Shown here in pieces: positions 1 through 11,464 of a stretch of 64,000 nucleotides of DNA. The DNA is from Eledone cirrhosa (taxonomy: Eukaryota): the NCBI GenBank assembly GCA_964016885.1, contig OZ024742.1, positions 207,576,001 through 207,640,000 on the forward strand. Direction: 5' to 3'. The position numbers were made by a program, and so were the translations under genes. Below the pieces are notes generated by a model. The model was not told the DNA's origin, did no database searches, and worked only from the letters and a program-made list of their open reading frames with translations. Every line of letters starts with the position of its first letter. Positions within the stretch are counted from its first letter, which is position 1.

Positions 1-235
1 CGACAGGTTTGCAGTCGAGCTGCTAACAGTGGAGACTTCTGGTGTCCTTGGCTCTAGGGCTACCTCACCACTTCCCACCATAGGCGCTGAGCAGGCGAGC
101 CGCAGGTGTGAACCTCGCGAGATGGAATTACTTTTTCCAGTGAATCTCCCTTACCATTCTCCGGGGAAACACCTCCTCTATTGTGTCCACCGTGGCCGTA
201 GGTCGGCCAGAACGTGGGAGTCCATTTGCTCATAA
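1..235 (-). mobile_element. Possible ORF1 remnant of a Tx1/L1-like LINE, truncated by the window edge
   Basis: GC-richer than flanks. Minus frame reads WTPTFWPTYGHGGHNRRCFP, resembling a decayed CCHC knuckle, then a Ser/Pro/Thr-rich stretch. Weak. Confidence 0.25.
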
Positions 236-430
236 CAGTTAGAGATGTGGTGGGTGGAGGCGATGACAGTGAGAGTCTGTCTCTGTTGTGTTCGGACCTG
301 GTGTACGTGTATGTGCATGCTTACTGTCTTATCACACAAATGAAACCACATATTACTATCTTCTTCCCTGTCTTTCTCTCTTTTCCTTTCTTTTTTCTAC
401 AAAGCCACCAATAACTTTCTATTTTTTCCT

Positions 431-605
431 AATAATTGTTTCTACTTTTGGCACAAGGCCAGCAATTATTCCAGTGCATTACTGGTACTTTGTTTCATCG
501 ACCCCGTAAGGATGAAAGGCGGGATTTGAAGTCAAACGGTAAAGGGCCGTAATTCTATGCTGCAAAGCATGTTGTTCGAAGCTCTACCGATACTGCCAAC
601 CATCG
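431..605 (-). mobile_element. tRNA-derived SINE (main family of this window)
   Basis: Reverse complement of the family consensus (ggattggcagtatcggtag...gagttcaaatcccgcc...ggggtcgataaaataaagtaccag...ctggccttgtgccaaaagtagaaacaattatt), which has box A-like and box B-like motifs. Confidence 0.85.
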
Positions 606-759
606 GCTTCCTATTAATACTATTTTGCCTCACTCACCTTACCTTCCTTAATCCATCCTACACCCAATAACTCAATGGTTCCTGCTCCCTATACAAAACC
701 TTTCTTATCACATACATATATAACCAAGACTTACCTCTAGCGGAATATCTAATCAAATG

Positions 760-1330
760 TTACGTTTATTTTGAATGATATATTCCCTCGGTGGTTTGTG
801 CTTTACGTCTCAGGGACCAATACACAACTTTCTTTGTAAATTGGTCCTTTTTTTAAATCTCGATCAAGCAATGAATAGGATCTTCCAATGTCTCTGGGAG
901 AGAGATTTATATCAAGCCGTATTCCATATCTCTCCTCCAGATCAGTGGCTATCCTAATGATGTTATTTCAAGATGGTTCCTGACCTTTTTCTTCTGTTGA
1001 AGATGTTGCTTCATTATTACTATCCGGGTCTTGTATGATGTTAATATGGATTTCAGACCTCGGCCACCTTCCTTGCATGAGAAGCATAATCTATCCATAT
1101 CACCATTCAGTAACACTGAGAAGCATGCGACTTCTTACATCCATCTTATTATTTCTTGCAATGACAACTTCAGTAGGCCAAATTAACACAGTATAAGTAT
1201 TGTGGGCAATGTATTTGTGGTACGCTGGTAGTTCTGATGACAACATTTTCTTTATTCTCCTGGGGTATTCAGTTTTTGTTCCCTCCTTATTTATGAAATC
1301 ATCATATCTGAGATTCTCACTCTGTCGAAG
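760..1330 (-). mobile_element. Decayed R4/Dong-like non-LTR retrotransposon, RT C-terminal region
   Basis: Minus strand translates, with breaks, to KTEYPRRIKKMLSSELPAYHKYIAHNTY...DMDRLCFSCKEGGRGLKSI, matching the DxDRLYxxRxxGGRGL motif that follows RT in RLE-type LINEs. Confidence 0.7.
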
Positions 1331-1814
1331 CTATCTGTATGCATGTATGTATGAATGTATGTATGTATGTTTTTGCATTCTGAAACGTCAAAATACAACA
1401 AAGTTTTTGCTCACTAGACTCGGGAAATATACTGACAGAAGTTGTGGAAGTTACACATATATTTTGCCAGAGCAATCTTTATTTACAGTTTACATTTTAC
1501 ATTTACTTACAACGTAATGTAACATAGCTAAAATTCAAATTCAGATTTTGAAAAGAGACGAAAACGGACAAATGATCTAGATACAGCTCACTGCCCACCA
1601 CCACCACAATAACGTCTACACTCTCTCCCCACCACCACATTTACATTTACACAAGTCATTACCCTATCTAGACTAAGGTCACTGACCTGTTGCCAAACTC
1701 CTTACTGTTGAATGTGTATGTGTATATATATATATATATAGTAATAATAATAAATTTGAAGACTAAAATCCAAAGAGGGCTCAATAAGGATAAATATATA
1801 TATCAGATATATAA

Positions 1815-1901
1815 GAACCGTAGAGCAAATATTTATTAAAATAACAGATTAAAGTTTAAGAAAAGAATCGCTGCTTTCACCCTTAACGGGATCTTCTGAA
1901 T
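1815..1901 (-). repeat. Fragment of a (TA)-associated repeat with an HHR-like variant core; copies at 51959-52145 and 53400-53490
   Basis: aataacagattaaagtttaag...gaatcgctgctttcacccttaacgggatcttctgaa is near-identical at three loci. The minus strand reads CAGAAGA-tccc..gggt-GAAA. Confidence 0.75.
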
Positions 1902-2698
1902 CATATATATATATATATATGAAATTTTGAAATTTTGAAATTGCTGAATATGAATTGTGCTGCATATATGATGAATTATAGAACCACACTCAAGGAAGTG
2001 TGGGACAGTAGATATTGACTTCCGGCCGACCCAGGAGGGGCCATACCCGACTGTGAATGTATTACAACCTACGGATTCAGTAATCTACACAAAAACCACG
2101 TGGCGGACATGTAAATAACTTAGTTGTCATTGACAGTTTTAGCCGTGAGTTTTCTATATATTCTACAGAAATTTGCACACACTCTAATAAACCCGCTTAT
2201 TATTGTAACCACATCTTCTTTTCCTCCACTCTGCCTTAGGTAATTCCGGAAGCGGAGTTCTCTATATAAACTCTCTGTTTATGTGACGGAATAGCCATCA
2301 TGATTTACATTTACAACGGCATAATTGTATACGGTATGACAATTTGTTTCGATGCCGACTCGGCCATACAGTGAATTTCACTTGGGACGTTGGGTTGACT
2401 GACCGAACGTAAGGACTTTGGGGGATTGGAGTTATTGCGGACCTGTCGTATTTCCAATTTCCTCACTGGAGTGCCAGCTGTACATATACCCTACCTCTCT
2501 TCAACTCATCGTATTTTATTTTATTTTAGATTTTAGGGGTTTATCGCAGACGGCCTATGCGGATAAATCCCCCGAGTATATGTTTTGGAAACATAGTGTT
2601 ACTTCGCCTAACGCGCAGAACTGGAACCTAAGGATATTGTTCGTGGGGTGCTGATATGATACGGAAAATCGACCTGTTACAAGGAGATATAACTGGAG

Positions 2699-2752
<54 letters not shown>

Positions 2753-2758
<6 letters not shown>

Positions 2759-2975
2759 TTCAAAATATTAACAAATTAGATATTCTTGTGATCATGTATA
2801 TTTTATATATTTATTTATATCTATTTTGTTAATATTTCATTATATTATTTATATCTATTTTGTTAATATTTTGAATTAATATTAATAACTCTGGAAAACC
2901 AACAGTTGAGGGCTTCCAATCTATTGTAAAACTCATTCTTTGATTTATTAATTGAACCTTGTTTAATTTTTAAAT
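2753..2975 (+). repeat. Terminal fragment of the 45.9-46.3 kb family, with a short inverted duplication, between (TA)n tracts
   Basis: ttccaatctattgtaaaactcattctttg...ttgaaccttgtttaa is the reverse complement of 45923-45976. ttaattcaaaatattaacaaa and tttgttaatattttgaattaa form an inverted pair. Confidence 0.7.
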
Positions 2976-3029
2976 ATATATATATAATTATATATGTGTT
3001 TGTGTGTGTATGTGTGTTTGTATGCATGA

Positions 3030-4460
3030 GTGTTCATGACGACATGAAGGCTTGGGTTAATGTCAGGGATAACATATCAGAGCCTATCTCAATAAAAAAT
3101 CGAGTGAAAAAGGGGGTAACCAGCACTGATCCTGTTTAAATTATACTTTGCAATGGTTTTCTATATTCCATTCAGGAATTGCGCGCATGGTGTTTACATC
3201 CAATATCGAACCCAATGCAGAATATTTAACATCAGGCGTTTTGCTGCAAAAACAGAAGTATTTCCATCAATCATTAGATACCTTTTGTCTGCAGATGATT
3301 GCGATCTTGTAGCGCACAGAGAGAGTACATTTTGAATGCATTTTCTGATGCTTGCACTGGCCTAGGATTGACTGTCCGTCTCAAGAAAACCGTCGTTATG
3401 TACCAACCTGCCCCTGGTAGGCAGTACAGTGTGCCACATATCTATGTGTCTTGTAAACGACTTGGAGAGGTTGATCAGTCTGTCTATCTGGGAAGCACTG
3501 TCAATCGATACAGCAACCTTGATAATGAAATTCCACCCAGGATTAGGAAAGCAAGTGATGCTTTCGGAAAGCTAGAAAGACGATTATGGGGTCACGAGAC
3601 AAAGGTAAAGGTTTACAAGGAATGTATGCTCTCTTCTCTTCTTTATGCCTGCGAGACCTGGGTCACATATCAAAACCACCTTAAGCAATTGGAGCGTTTC
3701 CATCAGATGTGTCTCAGACGGATCCATGCCGTTCACTGGAGGGACCACATCTGTAATGTCGAGATTTTGGAAAGCTCTACGTGTGACAGTATAGAAGCTC
3801 TTGTGCTTAAGCAAAGAGCCCGTTGGAGTGGTCACATTGCCAGGATGGCAGAATACCAAAACAACTCTTTTATGGAGAGTTAGTTAAAGGAAAACTACCG
3901 CGACATAAACCAAAAAAGAGGTATAAGGATTCGTTGAAAGCCTCTTTGAAAGACGCTAACATCTCTGCTGATACATGGGAAAATGTTGCTGCTGATCGTA
4001 ATAAATGGAAAAAGACTGTATATGAGGGAAAATTGCTTTTGAGGCATCTTGAATCGCATACAAGAAAGTAAAGCGGGATATGAAGAAGGGCATTACTGTT
4101 GCATTTCCAGACAGTAAAGGTCCTCCTATGGTGCTGACATGCAGCGTCTGTGCGAGACTCTGCCTCAGAAAGCTGCACTCGAAAGTCATCTTCGCAGTCA
4201 TAAAGTAAGATCAGGCTGCTGTTGGAGATGCTACGCATCATGCTTGCCAAGCATATGGTAGAGAATGTAAATCAGCAATTTAGATCATTGGCTGGGCTAA
4301 AAAGCCACATTCGATCGCAGCACTGTTAATTGTTATCGTGTGTGTGAGTATAGGTATGTATATATATGTGTGTGTATATAGATATATATTATTATTATCA
4401 TTGTTATTATTATTATTTTTTCGTGCAATTGCCATACTCGATAATGAGGAGGCAGCCATC
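3030..4460 (+). mobile_element. Decayed 5'-truncated RTE-clade LINE (RT, C-terminal region and 3' tail)
   Basis: Frameshifted fragments LLSADDCDL, KKTVVMYQP, VYLGS, LLYACETW, RWSGHIARM and RIPKQLFYGEL are RTE RT motifs. The 3' tail ends in gcagccatcat. Confidence 0.9.
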
Positions 4461-4494
4461 ATATATGTATGTATGCATGTATGTATATCTGTAT

Positions 4495-4979
4495 ATTAGG
4501 GCTACTGGTAACATGTAACCCAGTACAACCTCTCTCATGGTCGGGTTGTCGGTGACTAAAACGGCAACACCATCAAGTTTAATTGGGAAAGATGGTGGTA
4601 TTTGGACACTCTGCGGGATGAAATACAAAACCCGGCAAAGTGCGGAGGAACTCAGTAGTCTCAATGGCTATCCAAATTGTACTTTTTTTTAAAACCCACG
4701 AGTGAAATGCCCCCGGTCGTTATCAAACACTGAAACTCTGAAAAGATCCTGCGGCTTCGGAAGCATCCGATGATGTTGACCAATTCTCATTTTCGGGTAG
4801 TGTTTTCGATGCTCCGTCGAATGCAAGGCCTTTCCCCACATAAAAAACCCTTCAAAGCACAGGCGTTGCTTGTTCAGGATTTGTTACTGTTTGTGTGGCT
4901 GGCCGTAGCCTAAAAGTGCACCACACACTATAATCTGACAAGCGATTGCAGTACTCTTAGCATAATTTGCAGCCATCAT
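4495..4979 (+). mobile_element. Non-autonomous RTE derivative (5' UTR joined to 3' tail, no ORF)
   Basis: 4505-4600 matches 11485-11570 and 4770-4870 matches 12005-12115 (RTE 5' UTR). It ends in the RTE terminus gcagccatcat followed by (gtat)n. Confidence 0.6.
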
Positions 4980-5007
4980 GTATGTATGTATGTTTGTATG
5001 TATGTGT

Positions 5008-5688
5008 GCATACATAAACCAAAACAGAGGTATAAGGATTCCTTGAAAGCCTCTCTGAAAGACGCTAACATCTCTGCTGATACATGGGAGAATATTGCTG
5101 CTGATCGTAATAGATGGAGAAAGACTGTATATGAGGGAAAAGTTGCCTTTGAGGCATCTCGAATCGCATACGAGAAAGTAAAGCGGGATGTGAGGAAGGG
5201 CATTGCTGTTGCACTTCCAGACGGCGAGGGTCCTCCTATGGTGCTGACATGCAGCGTATCTGCGAGACTCTGCCTAAGCAAAGCTGGACTCGAAAGTCAT
5301 CTTCGCAGTCATAAAGTAAGACCAGTGGTTGACTACCAGGCTGCTGTTGGAGATGCTACTCATCATGCTTGCCAAACATGTGGTAGAGAATGTAAATCAG
5401 CAGGAGGGCTCAAGCGACATGCAAAAGTACACGAACTCCAAACACAGCCGACTATTCCCAGTGAATGTTTTGGTTGCCGACTCTCTGCAAGACATTTTAG
5501 ATCATTGGCTGGGCTAAAAAGCCACATTCGATCGCAGCGCTGTTAGTTGCTATCGTGTGTGTGTGTAGATACGCTTATGTGTGTGCGTGTGTGTGTATAT
5601 ATGTATATGTATATTATTATTGTTGTTGTAGTTATTATTATTGTTGTTATTATTATTATTATTATTGTTATTAATGTATGTGTGTGTA

Positions 5689-5720
<32 letters not shown>

Positions 5721-5849
5721 TGTATATGTGTATGTATATGTATATATATATATATATTTTTTATTTTTTATTTATTTATTTATTATTATTATTATTTTTT
5801 TTTTCTCGTGCAATGGCCATACTCGATAACGAGGGGGCAGCCATCATCA
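5008..5849 (+). mobile_element. RTE LINE 3' fragment with C2H2-like zinc fingers (same family as 3030-4460)
   Basis: ORF 4986-5546 contains CSVSARLCLSKAGLESHLRSH, CQTCGRECKSAGGLKRHAKVH and CRLSARHFRSLAGLKSHIRS. It is highly similar to 3903-4330. Tail: ctcgtgcaatggccatactcgataacgagggggcagccatcatcat. Confidence 0.9.
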
Positions 5850-6027
5850 TGTGTGCATGTATGTGTGTGTGTTTGTGTATGTAGTGAAAAGTAGGACACC
5901 GCGGAAACTCAAATAGATTTGAATGCTCAAAATTTAAGTCACTAGAAAGAGAGACATTACCACAAACAGCAGATACACATTGTACACATCTATACTGTTC
6001 TCATACAAAAACGTATATTATATATGC

Positions 6028-6146
<119 letters not shown>

Positions 6147-6904
6147 TTTGCTATATATTTTCATTTGTTAGTAAATATTTAGACAAGAAAGGAGTGGCTG
6201 ACCAATTTGTATGTGCTGATATCCTTTGCCACTGTTTCTTATCTCACTGCTTCCCAATTAGTAGAGAATACTTCTTTATAGTTACACAGGCATAGATATT
6301 CTCAGTACACGGACATATGTAAACAAGATATACGTACAGAGGAATACATATAAACACATACAAATGCGCACACCTGTCAATATATATACGGACATTGGTA
6401 TACATGTACATACACACGAACATACATACACACATCCCTATACAAGTATATGGCCAATTTGCTCCACTCAGTCACTAAAATGTCTACGTAATGGGGAATG
6501 CCATTGTTTAATATGTAAATATGAGATGGAATTTGTACACATACTTGGCCTATCAATTTGCAAGAAATAAAAGCCAGATCGCCCGTGATTGAGGCTGTGT
6601 ACTCAAAATGATAAATGCGAAACTAGAGCATATGAGAAAGCCCTATCGAAGTCAGTCGACGTGCTAGACAGAACAACAAAATCTCTTTCAATTATCACGT
6701 AACTAACTTTAAAATAGGAGATATTGGACACTATGTGATAATGCAATTGAAGGCTGTATTTGACAATAGTTTTGCTGGATTAAAGTTGATTTTCGATTAA
6801 TAAAACGTCAAAATTTACGATCAGGGCAAGGTGTTTACCTCAAAGGTAGTAAGATAAAATATGAAAATGTTGTTTCTATTTTACATCTTTATGTATCATT
6901 ATTT

Positions 6905-7280
6905 TCGGTGCGTTGGATTGGCAGTATCGGTAGAGAGTAGGACGCCATGATTTGACGCATAGAATTACGGCCCTTGCCATTCTGAGTTCAAATCCCGCCG
7001 AGGTTAGCTTTGCCTTTCATCCTTACGGGGTCGATAAAATAAAGTACCAGCAATACACTGGCCTTGTGCCAAAAGTAGAAACAATTATTTTCGGTGGATT
7101 GGCAGTATCGGTAGAGGGTCGGACGCCATGCTTTGACGCAAAGAGTTACGGCCCTTTCCATTCTGAGTTCAAATCCCGCCGAGGTTAACTTTGCCTTTCA
7201 TACTTACGGGGTCGATAAACTAAAGTACCAGTAAAGCACTTCGATAATTTCTGGCCTTGTGTCAAAAGTAGAAACAATTA
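6905..7280 (+). mobile_element. Two head-to-tail SINE copies
   Basis: Two successive units, each running ggattggcagtatcggtagag...ctgagttcaaatcccgccgagg...aaaagtagaaacaattatt. Confidence 0.9.
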
Positions 7281-7434
7281 TTTTTTTCTGTTCTTAATGA
7301 AAAATTTAACAGGGTACTGCATGACATCAACTTTATATCACAGGGACCCCTTTAAAAGCTACGTATCTAGTACATGGACATTTCTTCTTCTTCTTCTTCT
7401 TCTTCTTCTTCTTCTTCTTCTTCTTCTTCTTGTA

Positions 7435-8376
7435 TCTTCGAGCACTGACGGTAAATATCGCTGTATATTAATATCGATGTAGTTTTTTTATATCGATATT
7501 GCCTGGGCTGAAGAGTTATAAGGGCCCACTTGCAAGTAAATCTGTTGATCATATGCAAGCTTCTACATAACTTGGAATATGTTCTCCCACCTTGTAGACA
7601 TCTTATAACGAAACGATCGTATGGAAAGTGAGATTTATTTAATTATGTCTCATATAAAATAATACAGCCGACTTTCCACATAATACAATATCGTTAGCAC
7701 TCCCAACGTATAATTTGGAATATACTTAGGTATTTCCTACTGATTGTTGAGTGAGATGGAAGTTGGTCGGAGTAATACCCAGTGTATTACTGGTACTTTA
7801 TTTTATCGACCCCGTAAGAATGAAAGGCAAAGTTAACCTCGGCGGGATACGTACATATATTTATTTGTTTTATTATCCAGTTGAGTTCTCAACACGTAGT
7901 TTGGATTCCTAATAGGGTTCAATGACCTGCGTGTATATTATTTTATATTTTACGATAACCTCCCCTTCCCATTTGGGGACAGCGTGAGAATAGTTTTTGA
8001 AGGACTGCTGGACTTTCAAACTTAGCGGTTCTTCGAGCACTGACGGTGAATATCGCTGAATATTAATATCGATGTAGTTTTTTATATCGATATTACCTGG
8101 GCTTTCCACCGAAGAGTTATAAGGGCCCACCTGTAAGTAAATCTGTTCATCATATCCAAGTTTCTACATAACTTGGATTTTTTTCCTCCCACCTTGTAGA
8201 AATCTTATAACGAAACGAACGTATGGAAAGTGATATTTATTTAATTATGTCTCATATAAAATAATACAGCCGACTTTCCACATAATACAATATAGTTAGC
8301 ACCCCAAACGTATAATTGTGAATATACTTAGGTATTTCCTAATGTTTGTTGAGTGAGATGGAAGTTGGTCGGAGTA
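7435..8376. repeat. ~340-bp direct duplication (7435-7774 and 8030-8376) with a SINE fragment at 7773-7848
   Basis: Both copies run from tcttcgagcactgacggt to gagtgagatggaagttggtcggagta with few differences. Confidence 0.85.
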
Positions 8377-8408
8377 TCGCTATTAGCTTTCTCTGTTAAT
8401 GTATTAAG

Positions 8409-8486
<78 letters not shown>

Positions 8487-9289
8487 TGCATATACATACA
8501 TATTCATAAACCTTGTTACTTTGATTATATTTTGTGATAGTTTTATAAATATACGATGTCAGTCACAGGTCTACTGAGTAAGCCAACATTTTTTGATGAT
8601 TTATTGAACAAAATACTGCAATAAAATTTAAAAAAAACAAGTTCGTTTAAAGTGATATGTTTGTTTAAATGACTATCCCTGTTGTAATTGTATCAATTTA
8701 ACACCGTTTCAGATCAAGTCACTAACCACGCAATTGCAAGAACAAAATTTTTCCCTTATATATATGTGTGTGTGTGTTTGTGTGTGTGTGTTTGTACAAA
8801 CATATGTAAACGCCCACATGCTTAGTATTTTTCCTCTCTCTTAGATGTATCTATTACAGACGTTTGAATTAATGAATTAGAATCTGTTCACAGAGGCTCG
8901 AGATAACACTTTCTTTCTTTTTTCATTTTTTTTTCATATTGCTTTTCTTTTTATCCACTTGTATATTCTCCATCAAACCTTACTTACTGTTGTTGTTTTT
9001 TTAAACTTTTTTTTACTTCTTAGAAAACGTATTTATTGCTCAAAGTCTCACATCCAAACATTTGGTTACTTTTCAAGTGCTATTCTGTTGAAAGCTACAT
9101 AACAGATTGTGCTGGGTCTCATTACCGAAATCTTCTGACGTACTGCTACATATTACTCTTGAATATCCTCTTGTGTTGACCACCTGTCATCAGGACCAGT
9201 CTCCCCATCTTCCTCTTTGTCTCTGTCTGTTTGTTAGTACGTCTGCATGTCTGTCTGTCTCTTTCTCTTTCTCTTTCTCTCTCTCTCTG

Positions 9290-9364
<75 letters not shown>

Positions 9365-9371
<7 letters not shown>

Positions 9372-9920
9372 CAAATAACGAAACGAAGTTAAATTTCGTT
9401 TCGTTTGTAACTCACTTTTGTATGACTGACGCTTAAACAATTAAGTTAAAAATGTACATCCACATATGTATACTGAAATACTAGTATGCATATGAATACA
9501 CACACGTATACATATGTAGATGTACCGAGTTTTTCACTGGTTACTTTACTGTGAGTGTCCAGCTATTCTGTATGTAAACACACAGACAAACCGGTTTTTA
9601 GAGTCATACTGGTTTTTGAGGAAACACCTTTCCTCTATTCTCCAGAAAGCCAGACAAGGAATATTGAACTAGTTTCGTTGTTGTTACAACTCATCAGCAA
9701 TATTTACCTATCTTCCGGCCTTTCTAGAGAATCGTAAAAGCACATATCGTTATATGCTTTTTCTATGAAAATTAGTAGTGGGCAGACTAATTTGCATAGA
9801 GCGTGAGTACGTACCGGTTCAACGGAGACGATAAAAACAAATAACGAAACGAAGTTAAATTTCGTTTCGTTTGTAACTCACTTTTGTATGACTGACGCTT
9901 AAACAATTAAGTTAAAAATA
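9365..9920 (-). mobile_element. HHR-bearing ~466-bp unit with ~90-bp terminal redundancy, next to (TA)n; related to the 57 kb and 60-61.7 kb copies
   Basis: Direct repeat ataaaaacaaataacgaaacg...ttaagttaaaaat at 9365 and 9831. Internal HHR. ctaatttgcata segment shared with 60310. Confidence 0.75.
9662..9702 (-). ncRNA. Minimal type I hammerhead ribozyme
   Basis: Minus: UAUUG-CUGAUGA-GUUG uaacaa CAAC-GAAA-CUAG-UU-CAAUA. Stem I 5 bp, stem II 4 bp, palindromic stem III ACUAGU, GUU cleavage triplet. Confidence 0.85.
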
Positions 9921-10332
9921 TATATATATGTGTGTATGTATATATAAAACCGCTGATTTAAGAAGCATTGGGAAAATCTGAGATTTGGAATATAGACGTC
10001 CTACTGCAGAAATTTACCCTAATACTAGTTGAACTCTATGGATAACAGTTCATACAATCATGTAATTTACACTTGGAGAATCATAAACATGACGGACTGC
10101 GTCGCCTGAATTGGGATGACTACATTTCGAATTTCTTATATAATTATTTTGGGAAAATCGGTCCAATGCAAATTAATGAACGCTAGAGTAGAGTAAAAGA
10201 AAGGAAATAGAGTGAGATGATGGAGACGTGCGAACTACTTTCCGCCATACAATGCTCGGATTTTTCTCCCCATTCCCATATTCAGAAATGACGGTTGTAT
10301 ATTTGAATGTATGCTTGTACGCAAATGTTCTT

Positions 10333-10525
10333 AATAATTGTTTCTACTTTTGGCACAAGGCCAGCAATTATCCCAGTGTATTACTGGTACTTTATTTTAT
10401 CGACCCCGTAAGGATGAAAGATAAAGTTAATCTCGGTGGGATTTGAACTTAGACCATAAAGGGCCGTTTCTCTTTGCTGCAAAGCATGGCGTCCGACCTT
10501 CTACCGATACTACCAATCCACCATA
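10333..10525 (-). mobile_element. SINE copy
   Basis: Full reverse-complement match to the family consensus. Confidence 0.9.
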
Positions 10526-11464
10526 ATAATAATTGTTGCTACTAATTTATTTCATACAGTAGATAAAATGGGAAGGTCAGGAAACATCAATGGATATAGG
10601 AAATATATGGTATCAAGCAAAACATAAAATAATTAAAAGGAAATGTAAAATAATCTTACTCACAACCGGAACTTTTTTTAGATAATTTTTTTAAACGAAA
10701 TGTTCCATTATACGCATACACTTATCCGCGCGGGCAAACAGACACACACACACATACACATATATGTATTTGTAATTATTATGCGTACCATATATCCTGT
10801 CAACCAAACTAACATTTTCAAACCATATTTAAATACAGTGTAAATCCGATATTTGTATTCACATTTTTAATATTTACATGTTAGTCATACATTACGAAAT
10901 TATAAATATATCAAACGGAAGTAGTTAAAATACATATTCATGGCTGATCACACACAAATAAACGGATGTTCAAAACGTTTTCTGTGGATCTTGCCATAAA
11001 ACTGCATTTGCTGCTCGGTTACTTATTATGACTCACGCTGTATATTAAATGAGAACCAATATATTATGAAAAAACGTTTTCAAGTTTTCAGCAAATCTAC
11101 TTTCCTAATGTATTGTAAGGTAGGAGATTCGTTAGGATGTAACTTAATATGTCTGTGTGTATAGCAAACGTATGGTCTCTTATATCGGAACAATAAAATA
11201 ATATTGGTGCTTTCTAAAAGCACTCAATGAAACGCTAAGAAATCATAACTTTGGCAGATACAGTCTTGATGTAATGCGTTAGGTTTCATGAATATTTGTG
11301 GGAGACACTCAGACATAGTATTTGTGAGTTATAACGTAAAATTCTGTGTTGTTAACGAGTAAAAAATGAGAACTACAAGTTTTTCTCCTTGATATATACA
11401 TGTATGCATGTATGTATGTATGTATATTTGTTTGCATGTATGTATGTATGTATGTATGTATGGT

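Noticed and set aside
4986-5546. Host C2H2 zinc-finger gene
   Set aside because: The fingers are contiguous with RTE C-terminal sequence and the RTE 3' tail, and the ORF start lies in a microsatellite.
6905-7280. tRNA genes
   Set aside because: Box A/B-like motifs are present, but no cloverleaf was found and each copy continues into the SINE body and tail.
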